Shown in pieces: positions 51,210-64,000 of a stretch of DNA of 64,000 nt. Each line of letters starts with the position of its first letter. Position 1 is the first letter of the stretch. Source of the DNA: Octopus vulgaris (taxonomy: Eukaryota); NCBI GenBank assembly GCA_951406725.2, contig OX597824.1, positions 86,118,001 to 86,182,000 on the forward strand. The letters are read 5' to 3'. Made by a program: the position numbers and the translations under genes. Below the pieces are notes generated by a model. The model made no database searches, was not told where the DNA came from, and saw only the letters and a program-made list of their open reading frames with translations.

Positions 51210-51374
51210 CAGTAGTTCCCAACCTGTGGTCCATGCACTCTTGGTGTTCCGCAAACATAGTCCTAGGGGTCCATGAACATGTTAAACTGACAGACCCTTC
51301 AATATCCTGGGGTCCTTGGGAAAACTCATTTAAATAAATGGGGTCCTTGGTGGTGAAAAGGTTAGGAACCCCTG
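51210..51374. mobile_element. hAT (Charlie-like) MITE
   Basis: TIR cagtagttcccaacct / aggttaggaacccctg; 8-bp TSD ccttagta / ctttagta. Confidence 0.8.
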
Positions 51375-54300
51375 CTTTAGTATTTAAACTGACCATATCT
51401 GGCCCAAATATTCTGCCTGTTTTATGTCCAAATTGGCCAGATCCAGCCTCTCACACCAACCCTACAAAGTCATACTAAAAGTAAAGTCACAGCATTGAAA
51501 TCCCAAAGCTATGAGATAATCCCTGATTAATTCAAAACAACATGGATAGATAAACAATACATTTGACAGTAATTTAAACAGCAGAGGGATAAGGGAGCAG
51601 CCTTCCCTTCAGGTAACATCAGTAATCCAAAGAGGGAAGTCATGCATACAGGGGCAATTGTCAATCCTACACAAAAATCTTTGCCCAGCTTGCAAATACA
51701 GCTATAGACACATTACCAACTCTGATCCTAGGAGGTCATAGAATAGCAGAACTAAGCAGTTCATAAAATCATCATCATTATCATTGTTTAACGTCCATTT
51801 TCCATGCTAGCATGGGTTGGATGATTTGACTGAGGACTGGCGAACCTGATAGCTGCACCAGGCTCCGGTCTGATCTGGCAGAGTTTCTACTGCTGGATGC
51901 CCTTCCTAACATCAACCACTCTGAGAGTGTAGCGGGTGCTTTTTACATGCCACCGGCACAGGTGCCAGGGGAGGCTGGCAACGGCCATGATCGGTTGGTA
52001 CTTTTTACATGCCACCGGCATGGAAGCCAGTCAAGGTGGCACTGGTATCGACCACGTACGGATGGTGCTTTTTACATGCCACCGGCACAGAAGCCAGTCG
52101 AGGAGGTACTGGCATCGACCACGTACGGATGGTGCTTTTTACGTGCCACCAGCATACATTTTTCCATATTTTCCATGCATTTTATCTGCTCTGCATTACG
52201 TCTGAATTATGCAGACATTTTCAACGGATACAAATAAATGAAAACAAAAATAAGCATTAAAAAAAAAGTGAGAATATAGAGAGAACATAGGCATGTGGTG
52301 CTGTGTGGTAAGATGCTGGCAGAAACGTTAGCACACCGGGCGAAATGTGTAGCTGTATTTCGTCTGCCATTACGTTCTGAGTTCAAATTCCGCCGAGGTC
52401 GACTTTGCCTTTCATCCTTTCGGGGTCAATAAATTAAGTACCAGTTACGCACTGGGGTCGATGTAATCGAGTTAATCCCTTTGTCTGTCCTTGTTTGTCC
52501 CCTCTATGTTTAGCCCTTTGTGGGTAGTAAAGAAATAGGTATTTCGTTTGCCGTTACGTTCTGAGTTCAAATTCCGCTGAGGTCGACTTTGCCTTTCATC
52601 CTTTCGAGGTCAATAAATTAAGTACCAGTTCCACACTGGAGTCGATGTAATCGACTTAATCCGTTTGTCTGTCCTTGTTTGTCCCCTCTGTGTTTAGCTC
52701 CTTGTGGGCAATTAAGAAAAAGATGCTCGCTTCCCAATCACGTGTGTGTGTGCGTGTGTTTGTATTGTATGTGTGTTACTGTCTCTTTGGCTTGACTTCA
52801 CGTCATAGTTGTGTCACTGCCATGCAAGGTGTGTGGCGTTACGAAGGGCATCCAGCTGTAGAAACTCCGCCAGATCAAGATTGGAGCCTGGTGCAGCCAT
52901 CTGGTTCGCCAGCCCTCAGTCAAAATCGTCCAACCCATGCTAGTATGGAAAGCAGACGTTAAATGATGATGATGATGATGATGAATTCACCGATAGTTAT
53001 TTTATCAATCTCAAAAGGATGAAAAACAAACTCTACACTGGGCAGGATTTGAACCAAAACATAAATATATCCACCCTTACAAGTTACAACAAAGAAGCCT
53101 TTACATGGTTTCCTGATCTGCTAGAAACAGTAACTAAATCACCCTACCAGCTTGAAAAGTGAGAGACATTGAATAACATTGCAATTCCAGATATGCTTTT
53201 CTCAAGTAATGTCTGAAATGGTCACAGATGGAATGGTCATAGATGGAATGCCTTCTACCTTATGCTTGTCCAGTCAGGGCTGACCACAGGTTAAATGACA
53301 ATCCATCATAAATATGTGCATATTACAGTAGCCTATCAGTTGTAGCCAAGGAGAACATACATCTAACATGGATATGGAGGATGTCCCTGTTGAATTTAAT
53401 GTGGAATGAAATGTTAAACATCAGCCATGATCCACAGCTTATAATCAAAACCAGAAAACCTAGATCCAAGCCTTGTTGCAAGCCAGGACAAAATGATGAG
53501 AAACTCTAATCTGAAAATATGTCCAGGAGTGTTCCTAGCTTTTACCCAGAGTACAAGAGTGACATCTTCAGACCCACATCATCCTCATCATCGTTTAACA
53601 TCCGTTTCCCGTGCTAGCACAGGTTGGACAGTGCGACCAGGGTCTGGGAAGCAAGGAGGCTGCACCAGGCTCCAGTCTGATCTGGCAGTGTTTCTACAGC
53701 TGGATGCCCTTCCTAACACCAACCACTCCGTGAGTGTAGTGGGTGCTTTTTACGTGCCACCAGCACAGGTGTCAGGGGAGGCTGGCAGCATCCACGATCG
53801 GTTGGTGCTTTTTACGTGCCACCGGCACAGGTATCACAACTACAATTTCCATTTGATATTTATTTTGATATTGATGTACTTGACTCAATAGGTCTCCTCA
53901 AGCACAGCAGTTCACGTGCCACTGGCACAGAAGCCAGTCAAGGCGGCGCTGGCATCAGCCACGTTCAGATGGTGCTTCTTACGTACCACCAGCACAGGTA
54001 TGTCAATATAAATTCAACTATGCAAGCTAATGAAATAACATGTTAATGTTACAATGTTTCTACTGCTTAGAGGTACAGATTGTTTTTGCTTGTGGTACAT
54101 GTTTTTAGTTCAGTGGACTGAACCAGTCAAGATTTAAGCAACTTTATTACAGATTCAACAAAGCTTGTACAGAATATGGGCTTCCAACCTTTCAACTCAA
54201 TAGCCAGCATCCTAGCCAATAAGTTCTGCTCTCTCTCTTTCGCTCTACACCTATCTATCTATCTATCTATCTCTCTAATACTTTATGACTGAGATCCAAA

Positions 54301-56499
54301 TCAAGACACTGGTTAATGTACTGGGAGGCTGACAATTTATATTCCATACACTGTTCTATCTAGCCATGGTGCTTAACTTTCGACTGGTTCAGATCGCCTA
54401 AGCTAAGGACAGTATTTATGACCCCTTTCTGTGCATCTGAAGCTGGTTAAGAGAAGCCATCCTCATACCCGGGGACCTGGACCAAATGCTTGTAACAAAA
54501 CGGGACTTTGTTAAAGGACCCCAAGAGACATGTGATGTTAAACAGATGACAAATTAAATCTTTCACACAGGCTACATATATCAGAAACGCTGAAGAAGTC
54601 TCTGTGTAGTCGCTTTACTTGCTAGAAATAGCAGCCAAATTTCCTTCGCATCACGTCCTACCATCTTGAGTAAAAAGAGACGGACTGAATAACGTTGTCC
54701 AAGATACAGTATACTTGAAAACAAGACGAGATGGTCGTAGCTGGACTGTGTTCGATCATGCGTTTGCTCGATCAGGGCTGACCTAAACAACATCAGTTAT
54801 ATGTATTATGGTACATCGCAGCCAGAAGGAAAGATAATACTATCTGGTTTAAAGTAAGACACTTAATCTTTCTTCAATGGTAGTTCCATTCCCATCTAAC
54901 GATATTCGACTGCGAAAAGATGAGAGGCAAAATCCTTGGCGGGATTTGAACTAAGAATGTAAAGGGCCGGAAGTAAATACACAACAAACATTCTGTTCGA
55001 AACTGTAACGATTCTGCTCGTCCACGGCTTAGAATAACACGAAACAGACACAAACATGCAAGTGCTGTAACGCAATGTCCTGCACAGATGTCTACAAATA
55101 GATTCTCACACAGGTATTATTGATTTCATGCAATCACAAAACACCAGATTTACAAGACAATGAGATAAACTGGATGTTGTGAGGTTCCTGCCTCTGCAGA
55201 CAGTATTTTCTACATAGCGGCTACTGGCGCCTTTTCACCAGACACAATGTCCTATATTTTTATATGATAATTGAAATATACTGCGATGTTCGGTGTAAGG
55301 TTTATGGCCAAACTTTAAAAACTAAATCAACTATCTCGGAACACACGAGAAGGCAATACGTATGGCCCCTTTCTCCAAACAAAACCATACAAAAATAAAA
55401 TAAAATAAGTTATTGTTCTGCTCCGGTCAATCCTGATGGAGCAAGACTAACCAATGTTAATATGAATTTCAATTATAACCATACTCTTTTTTCTTTTTTA
55501 CACGCAGTGGGCAGACTTCTTCATACAACGTATTCTTCTTTCTTCCTCTCATTTTTTTTTTATTTCTTTTTAGACAGTAAGGTGAAATATGAGGGAGATT
55601 TGACAGCTATTTCTGAAAGGTCGCACAATCGCGTACACGTTTCTTAGTTCGTCATTTAAACAAGTGAAGTCACTTGGACAGGTAAGCTATTGGTCTGCGT
55701 CAGCAAGAATCAGTTTGGAAATATAAACTAAGAAAAAAAAAGTGTGTTATATTATGCAGTAAGATGAAATAAAGACTAACTAACGCTTTGAACAGCACCC
55801 TTCGTCGGAAGATCGGATGAGAAAATCCGACAATTTGCATTTGCCCTAAACGTTATTCCGTACTTTATCTGGAGGCACAACAATATACATGTGGAGCCAA
55901 TGGAACTTCTACACAGCCTCTGGACTTGCTAGATGTAGCAGCACACCTCCCTCAACAAAACCATATCGTCTAAGGACACATTAAGTAATGCAGTGTGAAA
56001 TACTCCGCAAAAAGATTGTCTGGTCCCGGTCGGAAAACGTTAAATCATAAGTCTGATCGATAAGAGTTGACTTGGGGCTAAAAAAAAAACAAAAAACATA
56101 CGGTTTTTATGTCCAACTAAGAAATATATATTGCAGTCCAAGAAATCCCTTCTAAACAAAGATGGGATGGTCACGGATGAAATACTTTTTGATCATAGGT
56201 CTACTCAATCAGGCTTGACCTGAAGCTAAATAACAACATATTTTTTTGTTTTAAACTGATTGCTGTTACCAAAAAACTTATTATTTTCTGCAGCGTTGAA
56301 CAAAACCGAAGAAAAAATAATGAAGAAATTAATTCGAATTCAACTTATTGTTTAAAATATATTTTACTTTTTTTTTTTTATTTTTTATTTGGACCAAAGC
56401 CAGGACGAATTACTACTAAACAATAACAAAAAAATAATAAAGGCTAGAAATGAACGAACTCGAATAAAACTCCAATGATGTAAATATTATAAATAAGAG

Positions 56500-57300
56500 A
56501 AAGAAAAATAGTGGGAACAACCTTCAGATGCCCAAAGATACTTTCAAAACTTTTCTGGGGAAGATCTATGGAGAAGCAAGCGAGATTTAACACAGGGGTT
56601 CTAAGCTTGTTTTTAATGCAAGGATTTAGGGGGCTCATGCGATTAATTGCTGGATTATTCGCTCGTTTTGACGGATTCTGGGGGGAATGATTAACAGATC
56701 TATGGATAAGCAAGCAAGAGTTAACGAAGAGGTTCTAAGGATTGTTTATGCTTTTTAATATGCAAGGACTTGGAGGGTTCATGCGATTAATTGTTGGGTT
56801 ATTCGCTGGTTTTGACGGATTCTGGGGTGAATGATTAACAGAAGAAAAGAGAGGGATAAAGAGGAAAATAGCGAGTTGGAGAGAGAGAGAGAGCAGAGGA
56901 GAGGAGAGTCGAGAAAAACAGTGATGAAGACGAATCGTGTCAAGAGAGAAGAAGCTGTCTACATATGTAGGTCTTGACACAAGATTGACAGAGGCTGGCA
57001 TAAACAATGCTCAGTCGACGGTTAATTACACGGGAGAAGCGAGAGGGGAGAACCATCTACTTGTACTGTTGCATTAACGGAATTTCGGGGTGAAATTACT
57101 TCCTTTAAACTTACCTTTAGTTTGACATTTTCCCTGAGAAATTAATTGTTTTTGTAAATAAAACACTGTTGCAGTCATTTGCCTCACGATGGCGCTAGCA
57201 TCTCTGCGGTGTAGCATCACTTGTGTCCTGTCATTAAACATTGCCAGTGTTTCTCGACGCACGCCACCAAGTTTACCGACCAATTTATCAACGGTATAAT
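56500..57300. promoter_or_regulatory. Probable promoter/first-exon region of the zinc-finger gene, possibly bidirectional
   Basis: TE-poor and visibly CpG-richer than the introns; perfect minus-strand donor AG|GTAAGT at 57114/57115, weaker AG|GTTGTT at 56521/56522; pyrimidine-rich minus-strand leader near 56840-56920; YY1-like GATGGCG at 57188-57194. Confidence 0.45.
56562..56841. repeat. Diverged tandem duplication, about 135-145 bp x 2
   Basis: agatctatgga...tcatgcgattaattg...gttttgacggattctgggg...gaatgattaacaga occurs twice. Confidence 0.88.
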
Positions 57301-59746
57301 CGAATTAACCATAAGATCTTTTTCTCACTGTAAAGCATATTGCTAGCAGAGAAATAATTTCACGTTGATCTCGAAGAATACTTCGGAAAAGAACTGAGAG
57401 AAATGAATCTGGTTCCTCTAATCACTACGCTTTTATGTCAAATTTAGTTACCTTTATCAAATTAAAATAACAAAAATTAATTTTGCTGTCAGTATTTCAT
57501 CAATTAATCATCTCATAATAATTTATATTCCAAACTCTATTTTTTTTTATTTAATGAACGGAGAACGCTTATATTGTAGTCTCGGAAGGTTTTCAATTAA
57601 ACGAAACATTCAGTGGGAACTTAAATCAGCTTTATTTACTGACCTGACTGATTATTAAATGTGTCAAGGTCAAGAGTTCATGAAACTACTGCGTGAGTGC
57701 GAGGGGAGATTAAATATTCGGTGCCCCACTTAAGCAAGTTTACATCTTGCAAATAAACTATTTCTCTTGGATGTAATTTTTATCCGCAGTATTTTGTTAT
57801 TTTCCATTTTATGGATTTTTTAGTCATTCTCCCGACTTTTATTTTCTTTATTCATAAAAGATGCTTAGGTACCAATTGAAAGCGTGCCTAAAAAGAAATT
57901 CTGTTTTATTCTTATACCATAGATAATCAAAAATATATCGTAGTGTTTACTCAGTTATCTTTTAAATTAAAAGATTATTTGAGTGTAGTTAATAAGCCGT
58001 GCAGGTACAGTGAGGTACTGATAAGCAGAGGCGACGTAACAGGTTCGATTCTAGGTTAATCCTTTTCGTTTCATTCCTCAATTCTATCACTCCAAGGACA
58101 AGACACTGCGAGACTGATTTTACGAAGACTTTATCTTCGAGTAAATAAACGATCCAACGAGGGTTAAATACCATGTTGCATAACTCTTAAGAGAATTAAG
58201 GTCGTTTATATTGTTTCTTGTATTTTATTTTATCGGTAAGAAAAACTTGGTCTACATTGTAGTCGGAGATGTGATAAAAATAGAAGCGAGGGGCAGTGGC
58301 CCTTTGGGATGAAGAAGTGCAAAATTTCCTCTTTTTTATCATGGCTATTTATTAAGGTGACGTTGCCTTAGTCTTTGCTCACGGGTGCTGTGAACCTTTG
58401 CTACGCAACTTGTAGTATTTACTGCCAAAGTTCTCTTCAAGAACCGTTAAAAGTTTATATTTACACACACAGGCCGGGCGAAATGCGTAGCCGTATTTCG
58501 TCTGTCGTTACGTTCTGAGTTCAAATTCCGCCGAGGTCGACTTTACCTTTCATCCTCTCGGGGTCGATAAATAAAGTACCAGTTTCGCACTGGATCGATG
58601 TAATCGACTTAATCCCTTTGTCTGTCCTTGTTTGTCCCCTCTATGTTTAGCCCCTTGTGGGCAATAAAGAAATATATAGACACACACACACACACGAAAC
58701 CTATTTTATTCTGTTTTTAGTCTAAGAAAAAGAAGTGCTCATATAACTTTCTTTAATTGCTACATAGAGACAATACCTCCGACCTTATTTTAAGAAGGTC
58801 CATTACTCAAGAAACCCGTTAGTTAGTTAGCAGGCCTACTAGTTGAGAGATCCAGTAGTCATAATGCATCAGGCTTATGTCATCGGATAATACTTTCGGG
58901 TGATAAAAATCTAGTAAATGTTTTTCTATGAATATATTTCGTATTTGTTTTCGGTTTGCAAAATTCTTGTCATGAACTCCTGTGTTGGAACATATTCTGA
59001 TACATCTCAAGACGATTTGTATGCCAATAGTAAACATGCGAAGCAGAGGGGGCATGTCCTTGACGAGGCTGTGAATGGCGACAAGTGGACCCAGACGAAC
59101 CTAGCTGATTGATGACTAACTGAACAGTTCATCAAATAATCAATTAGTTAATTGTTTTGACAAATAAAAATTATAAGTAAAAAAGAACCAGCGCGTGTGT
59201 TTATTAGCATAACGACCCTCCCAAGATACAAAAAAAAAAAACGGCAAGCTGGCAGAAACGTTAGCACGCCGGGCGAAATACTTAGCGGTATTTCGTCTGC
59301 CGTTACGTTCTGGGTTCAAATTCTGCCATGGTCGACTTTGCCTTTCATCCTTTCAGGGTCGATAAATTAAGTACCAGTTACGCACTGGGGTTGATCTAAT
59401 CGACTTAATCCCTTTGTCTGTCCTTGCTTGTCCCCTCTGTGTGTAGCCCCTTATGGGCAGTAAAGAAATAAGATACTACAGAATATAAATATATTGCTTT
59501 ATGTATATAAGATGCTTTCACTGGCATTTTCTTTTTTGGGGAAAATCTTTCTTCTTAAAGATTTTGTCCCTTTCCCTATGACATTTTCTGTGGAAAGGAA
59601 AGATAAACTCTCATAAAATAATTTACTTTGAAATACCTTTGTATGTGTGTGCTATAATAACTTTATTTCATGATAAGTACAGAAAAATATCTTGTCTTTG
59701 TAGGTTTAGACACCACAAGAACAAAGAGACGGCTAATGCTATAGAG

Positions 59747-59918
59747 CAGTGGTTTTCAACCAGGGTTCCGCCAGTACAGTCCAGGGGTCCGCAAGAAGTT
59801 ACAAAACTTCTGTGCAGATATGTGTGCATAAGACTATTAAATTATTGCACAGGGGTTCCTCGAGCCAGTGGAATGTTTCCTTGGGGTTCCGTTCCAGCAA
59901 AAATGTTGAAAAGCACTG
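59747..59918. mobile_element. hAT (Charlie-like) MITE
   Basis: 14-bp TIR cagtg(g/c)ttttcaac; perfect 8-bp TSD ctatagag at 59739-59746 and 59919-59926. Confidence 0.92.
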
Positions 59919-60256
59919 CTATAGAGTCTGATATTGTTGGCGGAAAGCATGCGGGACATGTATTAAATTAGATTGATGTCAATGGTAGAACCCTAGTCAG
60001 AAATGCCCTCTTCACAAACAAGAATGCTCAGAAAATCATGAAGGACAGGACAATCAACGCGAAAATTCAGCGGGACCAATTAAATGAGTATTTGATGTAA
60101 TAGCAGTGAGAGGGAAGCATCAGCAGGTAACAGCGTGAAACTTCCAGTCTCATACTGTTTGAACATTACTGCAAAGAGCCGGCAGTCCTCGGTCAACCAA
60201 TGCCTCAAGTATTAGTCAGTGTGAGAACCGAAGGAGAATGGGTCAATACATGGTCG

Positions 60257-60672
60257 GGATCTTTTCGGTTTGAATGGCAGTTTTTTCCTAGCGGTGTCAT
60301 ATGAAATTGTCACCCATAATTATGACCCTAGTATCAATCTATTGCATTTCAATCTGTTTTAGGGTTAAGGTTAGGGGTGGGTGAAGGGTAGCTTTTTTTC
60401 TTCAGAAATATAAATAAACCCAATCTGTTTCTTAAACGAGGGACATATTCATATGGCACAGAATGTTGTTTACCTCAATGGACGTCATTGATTGGTTGAA
60501 ATTGCAGAAATTGAAGAAAGAAACAACAAATATCTTACAAACTATAGAATTTTCTCAATAAAGCCAAGAGAAAAAGATGTTTTATAAACACATTCTACCA
60601 GTATACAAAGTTTAAAATTTTTTAGTTACCTAGAAATTATGTGAAAAACTGCCATTCAAACTGAAAAGATCC
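60257..60672. mobile_element. MITE with GGATC-terminal ~29-bp TIRs, copy 1
   Basis: TIR ggatcttttc(g/a)gtttgaatggcagttttt; flanks catggtcg / catggtca (8 bp with 1 mismatch, or a 6-bp atggtc TSD if the terminus is GGG). Confidence 0.88.
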
Positions 60673-61297
60673 CATGGTCATAAGAGAAGTTCCTGTTACC
60701 TTTGGACATGACTGGCATAGAGATGTATTTATCTTGGACAAAAATCAGCAGAGGTTTTGACACTGTCATGACATGTACACAAACCATACAGTCTAAACAT
60801 GCCCACACCAAAGAGAGATAGAAAGTGTTCCGTCAGCAAAATCAGGATGCTGCATGCGAACCGATAGGAGTCTGTCAACTCAAGAGATTAGAGCCGGATG
60901 GAGCTCGTAGGCGCGAAGTTCCGAGAAGAGATTTCGCATGCCAAACAATATTGTTTTCAGCAAATTTCTCTAAGACAACATCACCATGTCATTATAAAAC
61001 TATGATGCAATGTTTGAGAAGAGAAATACCCTCTGTGATCTATTGAAACTCTAGTGTTCCTGTGTTTTTTTTTTGGGGGGGGGGGGTTTCAACCTCAAAT
61101 TGCTTTTTCACATAACATTTAGTTTAATTTAACTATTGTGAAAGTTCCCATCCTCAAATAAACTTGTACTTATTCTTGGGAAGATGTGTGACTTGGTGGT
61201 TAGATTCGCTAGGTCGTGAGTTCAATTCTTAAACAGAGCAGTATGTTGTGTTTTTTGGGCAAGGCACTTCATTATTACGTTGAGCAAGACACTTCGT

Positions 61298-61707
61298 GGA
61301 TCTTTTCGGTTTGAACGGCAGTTTTTAACATAATTTCTAGGTAACTAAAAAATTTTAAACTTCGTATACTGGTAGAATGTGTTTATAAAACATCTTTTTC
61401 TCTTGGTTTTATTGAGAAAATTCTATAGTTTGTAAGATATTTGTTGTTGCTTTTCTTCAATTTCTGCAATTTCAACCAATCATTGACGTCCATTGAGGTA
61501 AAAAACATTCTGTGCCGTATGAATATGTCCCTCGTTTAAGAAACAGATTGGGTTTATTTACATTTGTGAAGAAAGAAAGATACCCTTCCCCCACCCCTAA
61601 CCCTAAAACAGATTGAAATGCAATAGATCGATTCTAGGGTCATAATTATGGGTGACAATTTCATATGACACCGCTAGAAAAAACTGCCGTTCAAACCGAA
61701 AAGATCC
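61298..61707. mobile_element. MITE with GGATC-terminal TIRs, copy 2 (inverted relative to copy 1)
   Basis: TIR ggatcttttcggtttgaacggcagttttt; the interior closely matches the reverse complement of 60257-60672; no clean TSD. Confidence 0.88.
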
Positions 61708-62349
61708 TATTTCGGTGTAATTTGAACTCAAATTATAAAGGAGGGACGAAATACCGCCTAGCATTTTGTCTGGTTTGCTAACGATGCTGCCAGTATGCAG
61801 CCCGAAATAGCGCATATATTATCTTATCAACAAATAAAAATAAAACACAAACGTAGTCTTTCTTAACTGAATTGTTTTACATTGGGGACGTGCACACTGA
61901 GAAGTTAACAAGGCTGGGGCGGTTACAGGTAAATCAGAAACATTTTGCAGGAGGTCACATATACACGTCTCAGCAGGTATAATTATCAGATTACCATAGC
62001 CTGAACTTTGGTACGGCAAGGTATCACCTTCACAATTTAGCACTTAACTTATCCAGAATATTTAGGAGTTAAGAGGGTGTATGAAATATCTTTCATTTTT
62101 TTTTTACTTGTTTCAGTCACTTAAGTGCGACCATGCTGGGGCACTGCTTTGAAAAGTTTAGTCAAACAAAGTCGACGGCTGTATATATATATAAAGAAAA
62201 AAAAAAGGCAGGTAATTATTCTAATAGGTCCGTTTTGCTAAACCACTGGCCTATGGAGACGTAAACAAACCAACACCGGTTGTCAAGAGGTGATGAGGAC
62301 AAGCATCGCATGTGCACACACATACATACACATTCACACGCGTGCATTT

Positions 62350-62376
62350 ATATATGTATATATATATGTATGTATG

Positions 62377-62446
<70 letters not shown>

Positions 62447-62810
62447 CATATTTATAGATACATATATATATATTATATATATGTATATATATATATATAT
62501 CATCATCATCATCATTTAACGTCCGCTTTCCATGCTAGCATGGGTTGGACGGTTCAACTGGGGTCTGGGGAGCCGGAAAGCTGCACCAGTCCAGTCAGAT
62601 CTGGCAGTGTTTCTACAGCTGGATGCCCTTCCTAACGCCAACCACTCCGAGAGTGTAGATATATATCATATATATATGTGTATATATGTATATATATATA
62701 TATATATGTATATACATGTATATATACATATACATATATATATACATATACATATATATATATATACATACATATATATATATATATGTATATACATATA
62801 TATGTATAAT
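62350..62810. repeat. Compound (TA)n/(TACA)n microsatellite interrupted by an RTE 3'-end fragment
   Basis: Read directly. Confidence 0.93.
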
Positions 62811-62812
62811 AT

Positions 62813-63528
62813 GAGTTTTTTCGGTGTCGGTGATGTAGAGTGGCTCCACTCCATTGACTGCCTCTTTGATTCCGGTTCATAATGATGAACCCATGTTTCA
62901 TCACCTGTTATGAACCTTCGAAAGAAGGTGTTGTCTCTTTGACTTTGTTCGAGAAGTTCAGTGCAGGCATTGACCCTGTCTGTCTTGCGTTCGGTAGTCA
63001 GCTCTCTCGGTACCCGACGGGGCACACACTTTTGAAAAGCCAAGTGATTCGACAATGATGTCAGCACTTCCATGGCCCACTTCAAGGTTTTCTGCCAACT
63101 CATCAAGAGTTATGCACCTGTCTTCTCTGATCAGGGCATCTGCTTTTGCTATATTAGCAGGATTCACAGAAGCGGCCGGCCGGCCAGAACGGGGTTTATC
63201 GGCTACATTCACAGTTCCCACCTTTTCATCTTACAGTTGACAGACCGACATTGCTGTAATCTAAAGTATTGTCCTCAAAGGTATTTTGTAATCGTCAGTG
63301 ATTGTTCACAGGGGTTTCCCCCCTCAGCAACAAGAAATTCAATCACTGCTCTTTGTTTTTGATGTAACTCTGAGGGGGAAGCCATTTTGAATTTTCCTTA
63401 CAAGTCTAAAAACCTGAAAAGTAAGAAACAAAATATTTCAGAACATAAATTATATAATCATTTCAGTTATTTTTATCAAAAACTTCACATCAAATAAAGA
63501 AAATGGCATTACTTTTAACTTACCCATG
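62813..63528 (-). mobile_element. Frameshifted mariner transposase, 5' half (a different, irritans-like family)
   Basis: ATG at 63385 (MASPSELHQKQRAVIEFL); [16 protein letters not shown] and [22 protein letters not shown] lie in different frames; TIR-like end plus TA at 63529; truncated by a (TA)n tract. Confidence 0.9.
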
Positions 63529-64000
63529 TACATGTATATACACACATATATATATATGTATATATTTATATATATATATATATATACCAGAGTAAACACA
63601 TAAATGTGAAACAAGGTGGAAAATAGAGTACTCAAATACCAGGGGTAGAGTAATATGCTTTATTTAAAAGCAGCAGAAATTCAACACGTTTTGTTGAATT
63701 TCTGTTGCTTTTAAATAAAGTATATATATATACACACACACACATACACATGCATATACACATGCTCTTAGCTTAGTTTTTTCTTGGGGCTGGCCAGATT
63801 GGAGCAATCTCGAGTATAACCAGCCGAAGTTGCAAAGAAAATCTCAAACTCGACTGAGGAAAGAAAACTCCGAATGACCCATCCCTGTTTTCTTTGTACC
63901 GGCTATCTGGATATTTTGTTGTTCCTTTTTTGTATCATCTGACTGTCTGGATGTTTTGTGTTCTTGTCCCATTTTGTATATATATATATATATATATATA

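Noticed and set aside
59704-60250. Second exon of the putative + strand gene after ttgtctttgtag
   Set aside because: Phase 0 hits TAG at once; the one longer frame is in the wrong phase, runs through a hAT MITE and stops at 59971. It looks like decayed TE sequence.

Overview
Eukaryotic, AT-rich, repeat-saturated DNA; the SINE/LINE repertoire and giant C2H2 gene suggest a coleoid cephalopod, probably Octopus (inference). Two convergent genes are supported. (1) On +, the 3' part of a PEST-family non-receptor tyrosine phosphatase (PTPN12/18/22-like): 13 exons between 1361 and 25384, hand-spliced at GT-AG sites into one open frame of 509 codons plus stop. It has KCERYWP, WPDHGVP, HCSAGCGRTG, QTPDQY, a Tyr/Pro-rich tail built partly of microexons, and the C-terminal GFGHRVGHPKGPRD motif. 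(2) On -, a 10.3-kb intron-less ORF (35819-46141, 3440 aa) with about 32 zinc fingers. Twenty of them form ten dispersed two-finger modules with nearly the same recognition helices, and likely 5'UTR exons lead to a CpG-richer promoter zone near 56.5-57.3 kb. The remainder is three tRNA-derived SINE families, 5'-truncated RTE and CR1 LINE ends, mariner relics, several MITE types and micro/minisatellites. Best leads: the ten-headed zinc-finger architecture; a base-exact SINE dimer junction seen seven times; a MITE at the junction of a ~137-bp duplication; a palindromic 24/48-bp minisatellite grown from a LINE 3'UTR; and inverted repeat pairs next to exons. All calls were made by eye and no database search was run.
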